From NCBI GenBank assembly GCA_046543335.1, contig JBKGZP010000001.1, positions 12,234-76,233 of the forward strand: a stretch of DNA of 64,000 nucleotides, given 5' to 3'. Under the pieces are notes generated by a model that saw only the letters and a program-made list of their open reading frames with translations, made no database searches and was not told the origin of the DNA. A program made the translations under genes and the position numbers. This document shows positions 9,620 through 18,892 of this stretch, one piece after another (the first letter of the stretch is position 1; each line of letters begins with the position of its first letter). The stretch comes from Halobacteriales archaeon. GTDB taxonomy: Archaea; Halobacteriota; Halobacteria; Halobacteriales; SKSH01.

Positions 9620-9904
9620 TCACCGGCGGGCGTAGACGAAGCCCATCGTCCCCACGAAGATCATGGCGATGCCGGCGTACAGGAACAGGTTGTACCCGTC
9701 GACGACCCAGTAGGGGGTGAGGATGAAGATGATGCCGAAGGCGACGACGTTGATGGCGAGCACCTTCGGCGAGCGAAGGGGCAACGCCGCGAGCATCGCC
9801 AGGACGAACACCGCGATCAGGACCTGCCCCACGCCCAGCTCGAGGAGCAGGTTGTCGATGAAGTTCAGCGGGATCGCGACCGCGGCGTCGCCCGGGAGTG
9901 CCAT
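9620..9904 (-). CDS. Small membrane protein, hypothetical
   Basis: 94 aa, three hydrophobic segments; TTAA-type promoter about 30 nt upstream. Confidence 0.8.
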   Translation of the reverse strand: MALPGDAAVAIPLNFIDNLLLELGVGQVLIAVFVLAMLAALPLRSPKVLAINVVAFGIIFILTPYWVVDGYNLFLYAGIAMIFVGTMGFVYARR

Positions 9905-9974
9905 CGGTGCCAGGAGATGGCCCCGAGGCGCCCATTAACGTTACTGTTCCTCCGGGGTGAGGTGCCCGATTCGC

Positions 9975-9984
9975 AATTCTTATG
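9975..9984 (+). promoter_or_regulatory. Probable TATA box of tRNA-Gly
   Basis: AATTCTTATG about 30 nt upstream of the tRNA 5' end in otherwise GC-rich DNA. Confidence 0.55.
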
Positions 9985-10012
9985 CGCCATTCGGCGGCTA
10001 GTGCCGGTACGG

Positions 10013-10083
10013 GCGCTGGTAGTGTAGCGGTATCACGTGACCCTGCCACGGTCGCAACCCGGGTTCAAATCCCGGCCAGCGCA
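10013..10083 (+). tRNA. tRNA-Gly (anticodon GCC)
   Basis: Acceptor GCGCTGG/CCAGCGC+A, anticodon loop CT-GCC-AC, GTTCAAATC T-loop; 71 nt. Confidence 0.96.
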
Positions 10084-10085
10084 CA

Positions 10086-10127
10086 CTATATAAATACGTT
10101 TTCCGGGTTCTGCTGACAGTTTTATTA
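10086..10127 (+). terminator. AT/T-rich tract after tRNA-Gly (probable archaeal terminator)
   Basis: TTTT at 10099-10102 and TTTTATTA at 10120-10127. Confidence 0.45.
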
Positions 10128-10398
10128 CCTGTGGTTATCGGTCGGAGGTGGTCGCCGTGAGCGCCCAGCGAGCGGTGCTCACGTCGATCGACCTCGACGC
10201 GAAGCCAGCGCACGTCGATGAAACTTTCCGGAGGATCACCCGCGCAGCGAAACCACCGCGGTGACGAATCACCGCGTGTCCGTCTCGCCCGATCCACGAC
10301 GGGGTGGCCCCGATCTCCCCCGCGGGGGCGGTCGATCGCGAGTGCGGTTCGTCGCTCGAGGCCCCATCGACCGAGCGACCCGCCGGGGCTCGGCGTGG

Positions 10399-11793
10399 CT
10401 ACTCGCCCTGCGCTTCCTCGCGGGCGTGCAACTTGGCACGCTCGCGGGCGCTCGGGTTGACGGACTCCTTGAAGGGGACGGTGGCGACCTTCGCGTAGAC
10501 CGGCTCGCCCGGCTCTTCGGCGTACTCGTCGGGCAGGTGGACCTGGAACTCGACGTCTGGTGCGTCGTCGACCTTGTAGGCGCGGTCGTCGAGCGGCACC
10601 CCGAGGGCCTCGAGCTTCTCGGCGGGGACGAACCCCAGCGCGATGTTCGTCTCGAGGTCGGGGTTGTACCACGGCGACGTCACGTAGCCGCACTCCTCGC
10701 CGGTCTCCGGGTCGGAGATGAGCCAGAAGTCCGGGGCGTAGTCGTGGATGGGCTCGCCGGCCATCTTGAGCCCCACGAGCTTCAGGTTGAACGGGTACTC
10801 GCCGTCCTCGATCAGGGCCTTCTGGCGCTCGAGCTCCTCCTTCCCGACGTAGTCGGCCTCCTTGTCGTCCGGGACGTGGTACCCCAGGTTGACCTGGAAC
10901 GGGGAGGTCTCGTGGTCCATGTCCTGGCCCCACGAGAGGATGCCGGCGGCGATCCGGCGGTGGTGCCCGGGCGCGATCACCTGGCCGCCGTGGTCCTTGA
11001 CCGCGTCGGCGACCGGGGTCCAGACGTCCTCGGCGTACTTCATCGAGTCGAGCACGTACACCTCGAACCCCTTCTCGCCGGAGAAGCCGGTCTGGCTGAC
11101 GAGGACGTCTCGGCCGTTGATCTCCGCCTCCATCAGACCGTAGTACGGGATGTCGCTGACCGCCTCGCCGACGAGGTCGATCATGACGTCCTCCGAGCGC
11201 GGCCCCTGGATCTGCATGGGCGAGACGTCGATCTCGTCGATCTCGACGTCGTAGCCCTCACCGACGTTGACCCCCTGGAGCCAGAGCATCAGCGTCGAAT
11301 CGGAGATGGAGAACCAGAACTCGTCCTCGGCGAGGCGCAGCAGGATCGGGTCGTTGAGGATGCCGCCCTTCTCGTTGCACAGGATGACGTACCGCCCGTG
11401 CATCGGCTCGATCTCCGTGGCGTCGCGCGTGATGACGTAGTTGACGAAGGCCTCGGCGTCCGGCCCCTTGACGCGGATCTGGCGCTCGACCGCGACGTTC
11501 CACAGGGTGACGGCGTTGACGAGGGGGTCGTACTCGGCCATCGCCCCACCGTCCTCGGGTTCGACGTACCCCCGCGGGTGGTACATGCGGTTGTACACGG
11601 TCGCCCGCCAGGCGCCCTCCTCGACGGAGAGGTGCCAGAAGGCCGACTTGCGTACCCGCGTCGAGATCAGCATCTCGATGCCGGGATCGCCCGTCTGCCG
11701 GAGGTTGCGTGGAACGAGTCGGTCGGACTGGTCCACGCTCGGGTGGTTGGGGTGGTCTTCCTGCTCCTGTTGGGCCGCGGGATTTTCGGCCAT
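10399..11793 (-). CDS. Stand-alone GcvT-family THF-dependent methyltransferase, DmdA-like
   Basis: R.RKS, TVYNRM, LWNVAVERQI, NDPILLRL.E.EFWFSISDS, QIQGP, TGFSGEKGFEVY, RIAAGILSWGQD; no gcvH/gcvP in the window. Confidence 0.85.
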   Translation of the reverse strand: MAENPAAQQEQEDHPNHPSVDQSDRLVPRNLRQTGDPGIEMLISTRVRKSAFWHLSVEEGAWRATVYNRMYHPRGYVEPEDGGAMAEYDPLVNAVTLWNVAVERQIRVKGPDAEAFVNYVITRDATEIEPMHGRYVILCNEKGGILNDPILLRLAEDEFWFSISDSTLMLWLQGVNVGEGYDVEIDEIDVSPMQIQGPRSEDVMIDLVGEAVSDIPYYGLMEAEINGRDVLVSQTGFSGEKGFEVYVLDSMKYAEDVWTPVADAVKDHGGQVIAPGHHRRIAAGILSWGQDMDHETSPFQVNLGYHVPDDKEADYVGKEELERQKALIEDGEYPFNLKLVGLKMAGEPIHDYAPDFWLISDPETGEECGYVTSPWYNPDLETNIALGFVPAEKLEALGVPLDDRAYKVDDAPDVEFQVHLPDEYAEEPGEPVYAKVATVPFKESVNPSARERAKLHAREEAQGE

Positions 11794-11878
11794 TACGACG
11801 AAAGTACGCGCCGAACACGCCTTAAACTCACATATTCGCTCCCGATTCGCGAGGGACGCGCGCTCGACCGATCGACAC

Positions 11879-12136
11879 TCAGAAGTCGTGGTCGGTCGGG
11901 GAGTAGTGCGCCCGGTGGACGGCGAAGAAGCCGAAGACGCCGACGGCCAGGAGCGGGAGACCGATGAGCGGGTTGATGAGCACGAGGACGACCCCGATGC
12001 CGGTCAGGATCACCGCCGCGATCTGGGCCTTCCGCTTGGGGCGGTTGCCACACTCCGGGCACTCGTCGACCGACGGGTCGATCGGCTCACCGCAGCGCTT
12101 GCACGGTTCGAGCGTCCCTGGTCCACCTCGGTCCAT
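11879..12136 (-). CDS. Small zinc-ribbon membrane protein
   Basis: CKRC-x10-CPEC followed by a hydrophobic hairpin; 85 aa. Confidence 0.75.
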   Translation of the reverse strand: MDRGGPGTLEPCKRCGEPIDPSVDECPECGNRPKRKAQIAAVILTGIGVVLVLINPLIGLPLLAVGVFGFFAVHRAHYSPTDHDF

Positions 12137-12231
12137 CCTCGAGCCGGGCGGACGTACGACGGGGGGTGGGTTAAGCGCTTGCGACCACCGCCGTCGACGT
12201 CCCTTTGGGCCTCCGGCTCCTGGTGGCGGCC

Positions 12232-12441
12232 ATGACATCGCGCACGATCCGCGTCGGAGGCATGGCCTGCGAGGGCTGCGAGCAGCGGGTACGGTCGGCG
12301 CTCGAGGCGCTCGACGGCGTCGAGCGGGCGCTCGCTGACCACGAGGCGGACCGCGTCGAGGTCGCGTTCGACGCGTCGCTGGTCGCCCCAGATGACCTCG
12401 CGGACGCCATCGAGGCCGTCGGCTACGAGCCTCGCGGGTGA
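12232..12441 (+). CDS. Heavy-metal-associated (CopZ-like) chaperone
   Basis: GMACEGC motif, C-terminal IEAVGY; 69 aa. Confidence 0.9.
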   Translation: MTSRTIRVGGMACEGCEQRVRSALEALDGVERALADHEADRVEVAFDASLVAPDDLADAIEAVGYEPRG

Positions 12442-12455
12442 CACCCGGCGGGACA

Positions 12456-12962
12456 ATGCGGTTCAAGGCGGTCCCGAGGCCGCCGGGGACGGTCGCCGAC
12501 CTCGAGGTGGCCTGGCGCGCGGTCGGCCTGGTGCCGGAGGGCGAGCGAAGCTGCTGTCAGCGGATCGCCGACCGGCTCGATGCCGTCGACGTGGACGAGG
12601 CCCGCCGGTGGCTGGCGCTCATGCGCGCGCTCGGCATCGTCGAACGCGGCCCCTCGGGGTACACGCGCACCCGGTCGCTACCCGCGCCGGCGACGCTCCG
12701 CGAGCGATTTCGCGATCGCGTCTTCGGTGTCGAGGAGGTCCTCCAGGCGGCCGACGGACGGGTCACCGAGGCGTCGGCCTTCGAGGCGCTCGAGCCCCAC
12801 GTGCCGCCGTGGGAGCGCCATCGGGCACCGAACGCGTGGCGCGATCGCTGGCGACGCCGCACTGGGGACCTCCTCGCGTGGGGCGCCCTCCTCGGGCTGG
12901 TCGAGCGAGACGGCGACACCTTCCGGGTCCCCCCGAACGTTATTGGTGAGTCGAACGCGTAG
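12456..12962 (+). CDS. Conserved haloarchaeal hypothetical protein (winged-helix-like)
   Basis: MRFKAVP...SCC.R, WL..MRALG, VP.WER motifs; typical codon usage. Confidence 0.7.
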   Translation: MRFKAVPRPPGTVADLEVAWRAVGLVPEGERSCCQRIADRLDAVDVDEARRWLALMRALGIVERGPSGYTRTRSLPAPATLRERFRDRVFGVEEVLQAADGRVTEASAFEALEPHVPPWERHRAPNAWRDRWRRRTGDLLAWGALLGLVERDGDTFRVPPNVIGESNA

Positions 12963-12972
12963 GGGTCCGCGG

Positions 12973-14187
12973 ATGTCCGATCAGCCCGAGGGGGTCGACT
13001 CGACGGCCGTGCAGTACGAGCCGATCAGCGTCAAGGATCTCCTCGTCGAGACGAAGGACACCTCCGAGCTCCTCATCGACCTGGCGTACTCGGCGGTCCT
13101 CCACGACAGCGCGGAGGTCGGGCGGGAGGTCATCGAGCTCGAGCGGGCCATGGACGTCCTCCAGATGCGCGCCAGGATGTCGCTCCTGCTCTCGGCGCGC
13201 AACCCGAACGAGGCCGAGCAGCTCGCGCCGGTACTGGGGATGGTCGCCGGCGCGGAGAAGATCAGCGACGCCGCGGGGGACATCGCCAAGGTCGTCCTCG
13301 ACGAGATGGGCCTGCCAGAGGCCATCCGGGCCGCGCTCCCCGAGGCGATCGAGACGGTCGCTCGCGGGTCGGTCGCCGCCGACGCCGCGGCCGTCGACCG
13401 AACGCTCGGCGACGTCGACCTCGAGAGCGAGACCGGCGTCCGCGTCATCGCGATCCGTCGGGGCACCGACTGGATCCTCAACCCGGGGCCGGAGACGCAC
13501 CTGCGCGGCGACGACGTCGTCATCCTCAGGGGGCCGATCGGTCCCCTGGGCGAGGTCCACGAGGCGCTCACCGGCGAGCCGTTCGAGGTGCACGTCGCCG
13601 GTGAGGAGCCGGTCCCCCCCGACCTCGAGCGGGCGGTCGACTCGATCGTCCTCATGAAGGATCTCAGCGAGCTCGCGGTCGACCTGGCGTACTCGAGCGT
13701 CCTGTTCGACAACGCCGAGCTGGCCGAGGAGGTCCACCACCTCGAGGTCGAGGTCGACGCGCTGCGGGCCCGATTCGAGGCGTGGACGCTGCAGGCCGCC
13801 GCGCAGCTCGAGGACCCCGTCCAGCTCCGCGGCCTCCTCCAGCTCGGTTTCGCCGCGGAGACGATCAGCGACGCGGCGATCGAGATCAGCGAGGGCGTCC
13901 TTCGCGACATCGAGGTCCATCCCGTCACCCAGGTCGCCGTGCGCGAGAGCGACGAGCTGATGGTCCGCGTCAGGGTCGAGGTTGGCGACCCCCTGGCGGG
14001 GACCGCGGTCGTCGAGGGCGTGCCGGAGGCGATACCGTCGATCAGCGTCCTCGCCGTTCGGCGCCCCGAGGAGGACTGGCTCTTGATGGCCGACGGGACG
14101 ACCACCCTCGAACCGGGCGACGTCGTCATCGGCAAGGGCACGCGCCGGGCGATCGGCGAGTTCACCGACCTCGCCACGAGGCGCTAG
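12973..14187 (+). CDS. Duplicated PhoU-like + TrkA-C domain protein
   Basis: Two repeats of KD.SEL..DLAYS.VL, each followed by a TrkA-C domain (VIAIRRG..W.LNP). Confidence 0.85.
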   Translation: MSDQPEGVDSTAVQYEPISVKDLLVETKDTSELLIDLAYSAVLHDSAEVGREVIELERAMDVLQMRARMSLLLSARNPNEAEQLAPVLGMVAGAEKISDAAGDIAKVVLDEMGLPEAIRAALPEAIETVARGSVAADAAAVDRTLGDVDLESETGVRVIAIRRGTDWILNPGPETHLRGDDVVILRGPIGPLGEVHEALTGEPFEVHVAGEEPVPPDLERAVDSIVLMKDLSELAVDLAYSSVLFDNAELAEEVHHLEVEVDALRARFEAWTLQAAAQLEDPVQLRGLLQLGFAAETISDAAIEISEGVLRDIEVHPVTQVAVRESDELMVRVRVEVGDPLAGTAVVEGVPEAIPSISVLAVRRPEEDWLLMADGTTTLEPGDVVIGKGTRRAIGEFTDLATRR

Positions 14188-14759
14188 AGGACGACGGTCG
14201 CCACGACGGAGAGCAGCACCACGCCGAGGATGTCGCACGTATTGGTGACGACCGGGATGGTGGTGTCGTCGGGGTCGAGCCCCATCCGGTACGAGATCCA
14301 CGTGGCGGCGATGGCGAGACTGACCGCGAGGACCGCCAGCGACATGCCAGTGACGAGCGAGACGACCAGCAGCTCGGCCAGACCGGGGTGGCCGGGGTAC
14401 GCCGCCAGCCCGATGGCGTACGTCGCGACGCCGAGGAGCGCGAAGACCGTCGCCGCCAGCGCGATGATCGCGAGTACGTCGACGAGGAGGCCGCGGTCGT
14501 CCGGGCGGAACGAGAGCAGGCCGAGGTGCAATCGCGTGGACAGCCGCGAGCTCATGATCGCGCCCAGGTTCCCGCCCATGGCGATCATCACCGGCACCAT
14601 GACGAGCAGCGTCGGGTTGCCGAGATAGGTCTCCTCGAGGGTCTCGAGGACGAGCCCGGAGCCCATCTCGAGGACGCTCAGCCCGACGAGAATCGGGAAC
14701 ATCGTTCGGACGATCGACCGGGTCGACCAGGTCGATCCCACGGGGTCACGCGCGGACAC
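14184..14759 (-). CDS. MgtE-type membrane-domain transporter subunit
   Basis: GGNLG.I.SSRLST, GLDPD...IPVVT..CDILG. Confidence 0.85.
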   Translation of the reverse strand: MSARDPVGSTWSTRSIVRTMFPILVGLSVLEMGSGLVLETLEETYLGNPTLLVMVPVMIAMGGNLGAIMSSRLSTRLHLGLLSFRPDDRGLLVDVLAIIALAATVFALLGVATYAIGLAAYPGHPGLAELLVVSLVTGMSLAVLAVSLAIAATWISYRMGLDPDDTTIPVVTNTCDILGVVLLSVVATVVL

Positions 14760-14760
14760 C

Positions 14761-15336
14761 TCACAGCACCCCCCTGACGACGACCACCGCGACGTACAGG
14801 AAGACGACCCCGAAGAGGTCGCCGAGGGTGGTCACGATCGGCCCGACGAGGTTGTCGGGATCGAGCCCCCGGCGATGCCCCCAGACGACGAGCCCGATGA
14901 GCCCGGCGATCATCACGATCGAGGTCAGCACGCCGGCGAGGAGGGTGATACCGACGAGCGTCGCCAGCGACGGGTCGGCGTCGAGGAGGACGGTCGCCAG
15001 TGCCCAGCTGAGCCCGCCGATGACGACCGAGATCGACAGCGCGTTGATCACCGAGGCAAGGATGGCGCTTCGGAGGTGGTCGTCGCGGAGGAGGCCGTCG
15101 CCGATGAGGCCCTGGTGGAGGCCCGTCGCGATGCGCGCGCCCAGCGCACCGTAGACGTTCCCCCGCGTCGCCAGGAACGCCGGGAGCAACAGCAATAGCC
15201 CCGGAACCTCCCGCAGGACACCGACCATGGCCTCCGTGCCGAGGACGGTACCGGCGAACAGTCCGCCCACGAGGCTGACCGCGAGGACCGCGATGGACTC
15301 TCGGTAGATTCGCCAGACCCCCCCGCGGACGGTCAT
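14761..15336 (-). CDS. MgtE-type membrane-domain transporter subunit
   Basis: ATRGNVYG, GLDPDNL.GPIVTT.GD. Confidence 0.85.
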   Translation of the reverse strand: MTVRGGVWRIYRESIAVLAVSLVGGLFAGTVLGTEAMVGVLREVPGLLLLLPAFLATRGNVYGALGARIATGLHQGLIGDGLLRDDHLRSAILASVINALSISVVIGGLSWALATVLLDADPSLATLVGITLLAGVLTSIVMIAGLIGLVVWGHRRGLDPDNLVGPIVTTLGDLFGVVFLYVAVVVVRGVL

Positions 15337-15769
15337 GCGCCCGAGGTTGACGGAGTGGTATGGTAAATCTGTTGAGGGTAGTGGGTTCTGCGGTAGAGAC
15401 GGTCCGGGGCCGCCGGCGGTCGCGATGGGCACTGCCGGGGCGAGGGTGCGCGGGCGTTGTCGGAAGCTCTGGGCGGTCGCGCACTTCGTTTCCAACCCTG
15501 TATCGGCCGACGAACCAAACTTCATCGAGCACGACGGAGGCCGCGAACACGGGGATGAGGACGTGGCGCTCCCCGGAATCTGTTCGCTTCTCGCCTGGGC
15601 TCACTCGCACAATCCCAAACGGGGGGCTACGCCCACCACCTCTCCCGCGACCAGTTCGGTCCCGCCGGCCGCCTTCGTCACGCTGGACCGCCGGTCCGCA
15701 GGACGCGTTTTGATGCGGATGGCCCACGGGCCGTTCGGTTGGCGGTGCGAGCGCGCTCGGCGACCCCGG

Positions 15770-17377
15770 TCAGGACGCGCGGCGGGGATCGACGTCGAGG
15801 ACCGTGCCGACCCCCTTGCTCTTGCCCTCGCGGAAGACGAAGCGCTGGCCGGGCTCGACGAGGTGCGGTCCGAACTTGAACCGGACCGTCGTCCGACCGG
15901 TGTCGCCCGGCAGCAGGTGCCGGTTCGCCGGCTCGAACCGCGCCGCCTCGCTGACCGTCTCGAGGTGGACCACCGGCTCGTACCCGGCGGTGATCTTCGT
16001 CGGGTGGTTGAGAACGACCACCTCGGCCTCGAAGGCGCGCACCGGGGTCGGGTCGACCGCCGGCGGCACGAGGGCCATTCCGCGCTCGACGGCGTCGGTC
16101 TCGATCCCCTTGAGGGCGATCCCCACGATCTGGCCGGCCCGCGCCCGGTCGACGCGGTGGTGGTGCATCTCGATCGAGCGAACGGTGACCGCCTCGAACC
16201 GGCCGTCGGGGAAGGGCCCGAGGAGGAGCTCGTCGCCCGCCGAAACCTCGCCGGAGCGGACGGTCCCCGAGGCGACGGGGCCGACGCCGGCGATCGTGTA
16301 CGTCCGGTCGATGTACAGCCGGAAGGCCCCGTCCCGCCCGGCGCGCTTGGGGAGGTCCCGGAACAGCCGATCGAGCACGTCGAGGCCCTCGAGGGTGACG
16401 GCGCTGGTCGCCACGACGGGAACGACCCGGTCGCCGATCTCCTCGATCGCCGCCTCGACACCGTGGCGAGCGACGAGCAGCGGCGTTCGACCGACCTCGC
16501 GAAGCAGCCGTTCGACCTCGCCGGTGACCGCCTCGAGGCGCTCGTCGTCGACGAGGTCGACCTTCGTGACGGCGACGATCGTCGGTAGGTCCGTCGCCAG
16601 CAGTATGCCGAGGTGCTCGCGGGTCGTCCGGGTCACGCCGTCGTCGGCGGCGACGGTGAGGAGGCCGTAGTCGAGCTTGCCGCCAACGAGACCCCGGATG
16701 GTGGTGCGCAGCCAGGGGTCGTGGCCGACGGTGTCGACGAAGGAGACGACGCGGTCGGCCTCCCGGACCACCGCCGCGCGGTCCTCGCGCCGCTCCGGGC
16801 GATCGAGGCGGACCGCCTCGTCGTCGGCGAAACCGTAGACCGCGTAGGAGATGTCCGCGGACAGCCCCCGGTCGATCTCGTGGGGTTTGGTGTCGAGGTA
16901 CGCCCGCGTCTCGCCGTCGCCGTCGTCGGCACGCCCCGTGATGAGGGTCCCGACCAGCGTCGACTTCCCGTGGTCGACGTGGCCCGCCGTACCGACCACC
17001 AGGTGGTCGTCGTCGATGGCCAGCACGGACCCCTCGACGACGGTGGCGACGCCGACGAGGCCGTCGCCGACGCGGTCGGTCTCCACCTCGGCGACGCGGG
17101 CGTCGGCCTCCTGGGCGAGGAGGCTGAGGACGTCCATCGACTCCGAGAACGCATCGGGGTCGATGCCCGCCAGCCCCCCGTCGTCCGTGACGCCGACGAC
17201 GTAGACCGCCTCGCCGCCACCGGAGAGGATCCGGTGGCGAAGCTGCGCGGCCAGACTCTCGAAGCGGCCCTCGGCGAGGTGGATGTCCTTGCTGAGCCGG
17301 GTCTTGAATTCGACGTTGCCGGACTCCGACTCCCCGTGGGCGAGGGCCTCCCGGAGGAGGGCCCGGTCGAGGGCCAT
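15770..17377 (-). CDS. Translational GTPase, GTPBP1 family
   Basis: GHVDHGKST, DTVGH, TKVD, TSAVT; EF-Tu-like barrels ending FREGKSKGVG; N-terminal NVEFK...GV.DDG domain. Confidence 0.9.
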   Translation of the reverse strand: MALDRALLREALAHGESESGNVEFKTRLSKDIHLAEGRFESLAAQLRHRILSGGGEAVYVVGVTDDGGLAGIDPDAFSESMDVLSLLAQEADARVAEVETDRVGDGLVGVATVVEGSVLAIDDDHLVVGTAGHVDHGKSTLVGTLITGRADDGDGETRAYLDTKPHEIDRGLSADISYAVYGFADDEAVRLDRPERREDRAAVVREADRVVSFVDTVGHDPWLRTTIRGLVGGKLDYGLLTVAADDGVTRTTREHLGILLATDLPTIVAVTKVDLVDDERLEAVTGEVERLLREVGRTPLLVARHGVEAAIEEIGDRVVPVVATSAVTLEGLDVLDRLFRDLPKRAGRDGAFRLYIDRTYTIAGVGPVASGTVRSGEVSAGDELLLGPFPDGRFEAVTVRSIEMHHHRVDRARAGQIVGIALKGIETDAVERGMALVPPAVDPTPVRAFEAEVVVLNHPTKITAGYEPVVHLETVSEAARFEPANRHLLPGDTGRTTVRFKFGPHLVEPGQRFVFREGKSKGVGTVLDVDPRRAS

Positions 17378-17570
17378 GTCGCTACCGAGCGTTGGTACCT
17401 GGCCTGTAAAAGGCTTCGCGTGAGTCCAACCGGTGCACAGTGGGTCCCAGCGCAACGTCCGCCTCGCGATGACGGCGATGGCCGTCCCGGGACCAGTAAC
17501 GGCACCCGGTCAATCGCCGCGCTAAATCGTGGGAATCGTTAACCCGACGGGACGCCAAGGAGTCGTCGCG

Positions 17571-17774
17571 ATGCCAGTCCACAAGGAGGTAACCATCACG
17601 GCGACCAGTCCGACGTCCTGGGAGGAGGCCGCGTTGAACGCCGTCGAGCGGACGCGGACGACGGTGGAGAACCTGCAATGGGCCGTCGTGCAGGACCAGT
17701 CCATCGAGATCAACACCGCTGACGAGCCGCAGTTCAAGACCAAGGTGAAGATCGGATTCGAGGTGGCCGAGTAG
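17571..17774 (+). CDS. Dodecin (flavin-binding)
   Basis: 67 aa, TSPTSWEEAA..AV.R...T..NL.W..V, K..V.IGF. Confidence 0.88.
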   Translation: MPVHKEVTITATSPTSWEEAALNAVERTRTTVENLQWAVVQDQSIEINTADEPQFKTKVKIGFEVAE

Positions 17775-17828
17775 CGACGCACCGACCCAACCGACCGAGC
17801 TTTGCCTGTGGGCCATTACCATGGAGAA

Positions 17829-17993
17829 ATGAGCGTCACCGGCCTGTGCGAGATCTGCGAGGCGGCACCGGCCAGACATCGGTGTGAGCGATGTGGCGCG
17901 GTGGTGTGCGACGACCACCACGACGCCCAGCTCGGGCTGTGCACGGTCTGCGCGCGCCAGGCGCGGGGCGGGCAGCCACCGGGACCGACCTGA
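17829..17993 (+). CDS. Small zinc-finger protein
   Basis: CEIC, CERC, CDDH, CTVC within 54 aa. Confidence 0.8.
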   Translation: MSVTGLCEICEAAPARHRCERCGAVVCDDHHDAQLGLCTVCARQARGGQPPGPT

Positions 17994-17994
17994 G

Positions 17995-18786
17995 TCAGGC
18001 GGCCCGCTCGAGGGCCCGGCGAAGGCGCTTCGCCTCGGACCGGGCGGCCGCGTCGAAGCCCCCACCATCGCCGGCGAAGATCACGCTGCGGCTGGCGTTG
18101 ACCAGGCCGACGCCATCGGCGAGTCCGAACTCGACGGCCGCCTCGAGGTCGCCGCCCTGGCTCCCGACGCCCGGCACGAGGAACGGGAGCGAGGGGGCGA
18201 GCTCGCGCACCCGCTTGAGCTCGTCGGGCGCGGTGGCACCGACGACGAGGCCGACGTTGCCGTGGCGGTCCCACACCTCGGCGAGCGTCGCCAGGCGCTC
18301 GTAGAGCGCGTCGCCCTCGGCGAGCGTCAACCCCTGCACGTCGGCGGCCCCGGGGTTCGAGGTCCGACAGAGCACGAACACCCCCGCACCCGCTCGCTGG
18401 AGGAACGGCTCGAGGCTGTCGCGCCCGAGCAGCGGGTTGACCGTGATCGCGTCGGCGAGGTCGACCAGGCGGGCGTACTGCCGGGCGGTATTGCCGATGT
18501 CGCCGCGCTTGGCGTCGAGCACGACGGGGACCCCCTTGCCGTGGGCGTACGCGATGGTCTCCTCGAGCGACCGCCAGCCATCGGCGTCCTCGTAGAAGGC
18601 GACGTTCGGCTTGTACGCGGCCACGAGGTCGTGGGTGGCGTCGATGATGCGCCGATTGAACGCCCACCGGGGGAGCTCCTCGTCGAGGAGGTGCTCGGGG
18701 AGCCGTCCGCGTTCCGAGTCGAGGCCGACGCAGAGCACCGAGGATCGCGCGTCGATGCGCTCGGCGAGGCGGTCGAAGAAGCCCAT
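17995..18786 (-). CDS. pyrF: Orotidine-5'-phosphate decarboxylase
   Basis: VGLD, KPN.AFY, DAKRGDIGNT, RTSNP, LVPGVGSQGG, NASR. Confidence 0.95.
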   Translation of the reverse strand: MGFFDRLAERIDARSSVLCVGLDSERGRLPEHLLDEELPRWAFNRRIIDATHDLVAAYKPNVAFYEDADGWRSLEETIAYAHGKGVPVVLDAKRGDIGNTARQYARLVDLADAITVNPLLGRDSLEPFLQRAGAGVFVLCRTSNPGAADVQGLTLAEGDALYERLATLAEVWDRHGNVGLVVGATAPDELKRVRELAPSLPFLVPGVGSQGGDLEAAVEFGLADGVGLVNASRSVIFAGDGGGFDAAARSEAKRLRRALERAA

Positions 18787-18892
18787 TGCCGGCGGGTCGG
18801 ACCTCGAGGGCTTAACGGAATCGACCTCGACGCTCCAAGTCGCCCGGGATGACCGCCGAGGCCTTCTTGGTGGGGGGCCGCCAAGGACCGGT

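Noticed and set aside
10399..11793. Glycine cleavage T protein (gcvT)
   Set aside because: It has WNVAVERQ where GcvT has FD.SHM, and there is no gcvH/gcvP in the window.
10013..12200. Integrative element at tRNA-Gly
   Set aside because: No integrase, and no duplicated tRNA 3' end seen by eye in the window.
15337..15769. SRP RNA or RNase P RNA in the gap
   Set aside because: Only a weak helix-8 look-alike (CCAGGCGAGAAGCGAACAG, minus strand). There is no GGAA..AGCAG core, no haloarchaeal SRP 5' end and no GAGGAAAGTCC.
15770..17377. SelB or EF-1alpha
   Set aside because: DTVGH (not DxPGH), the N-terminal NVEFK domain and the FREGKSKGVG end fit GTPBP1.
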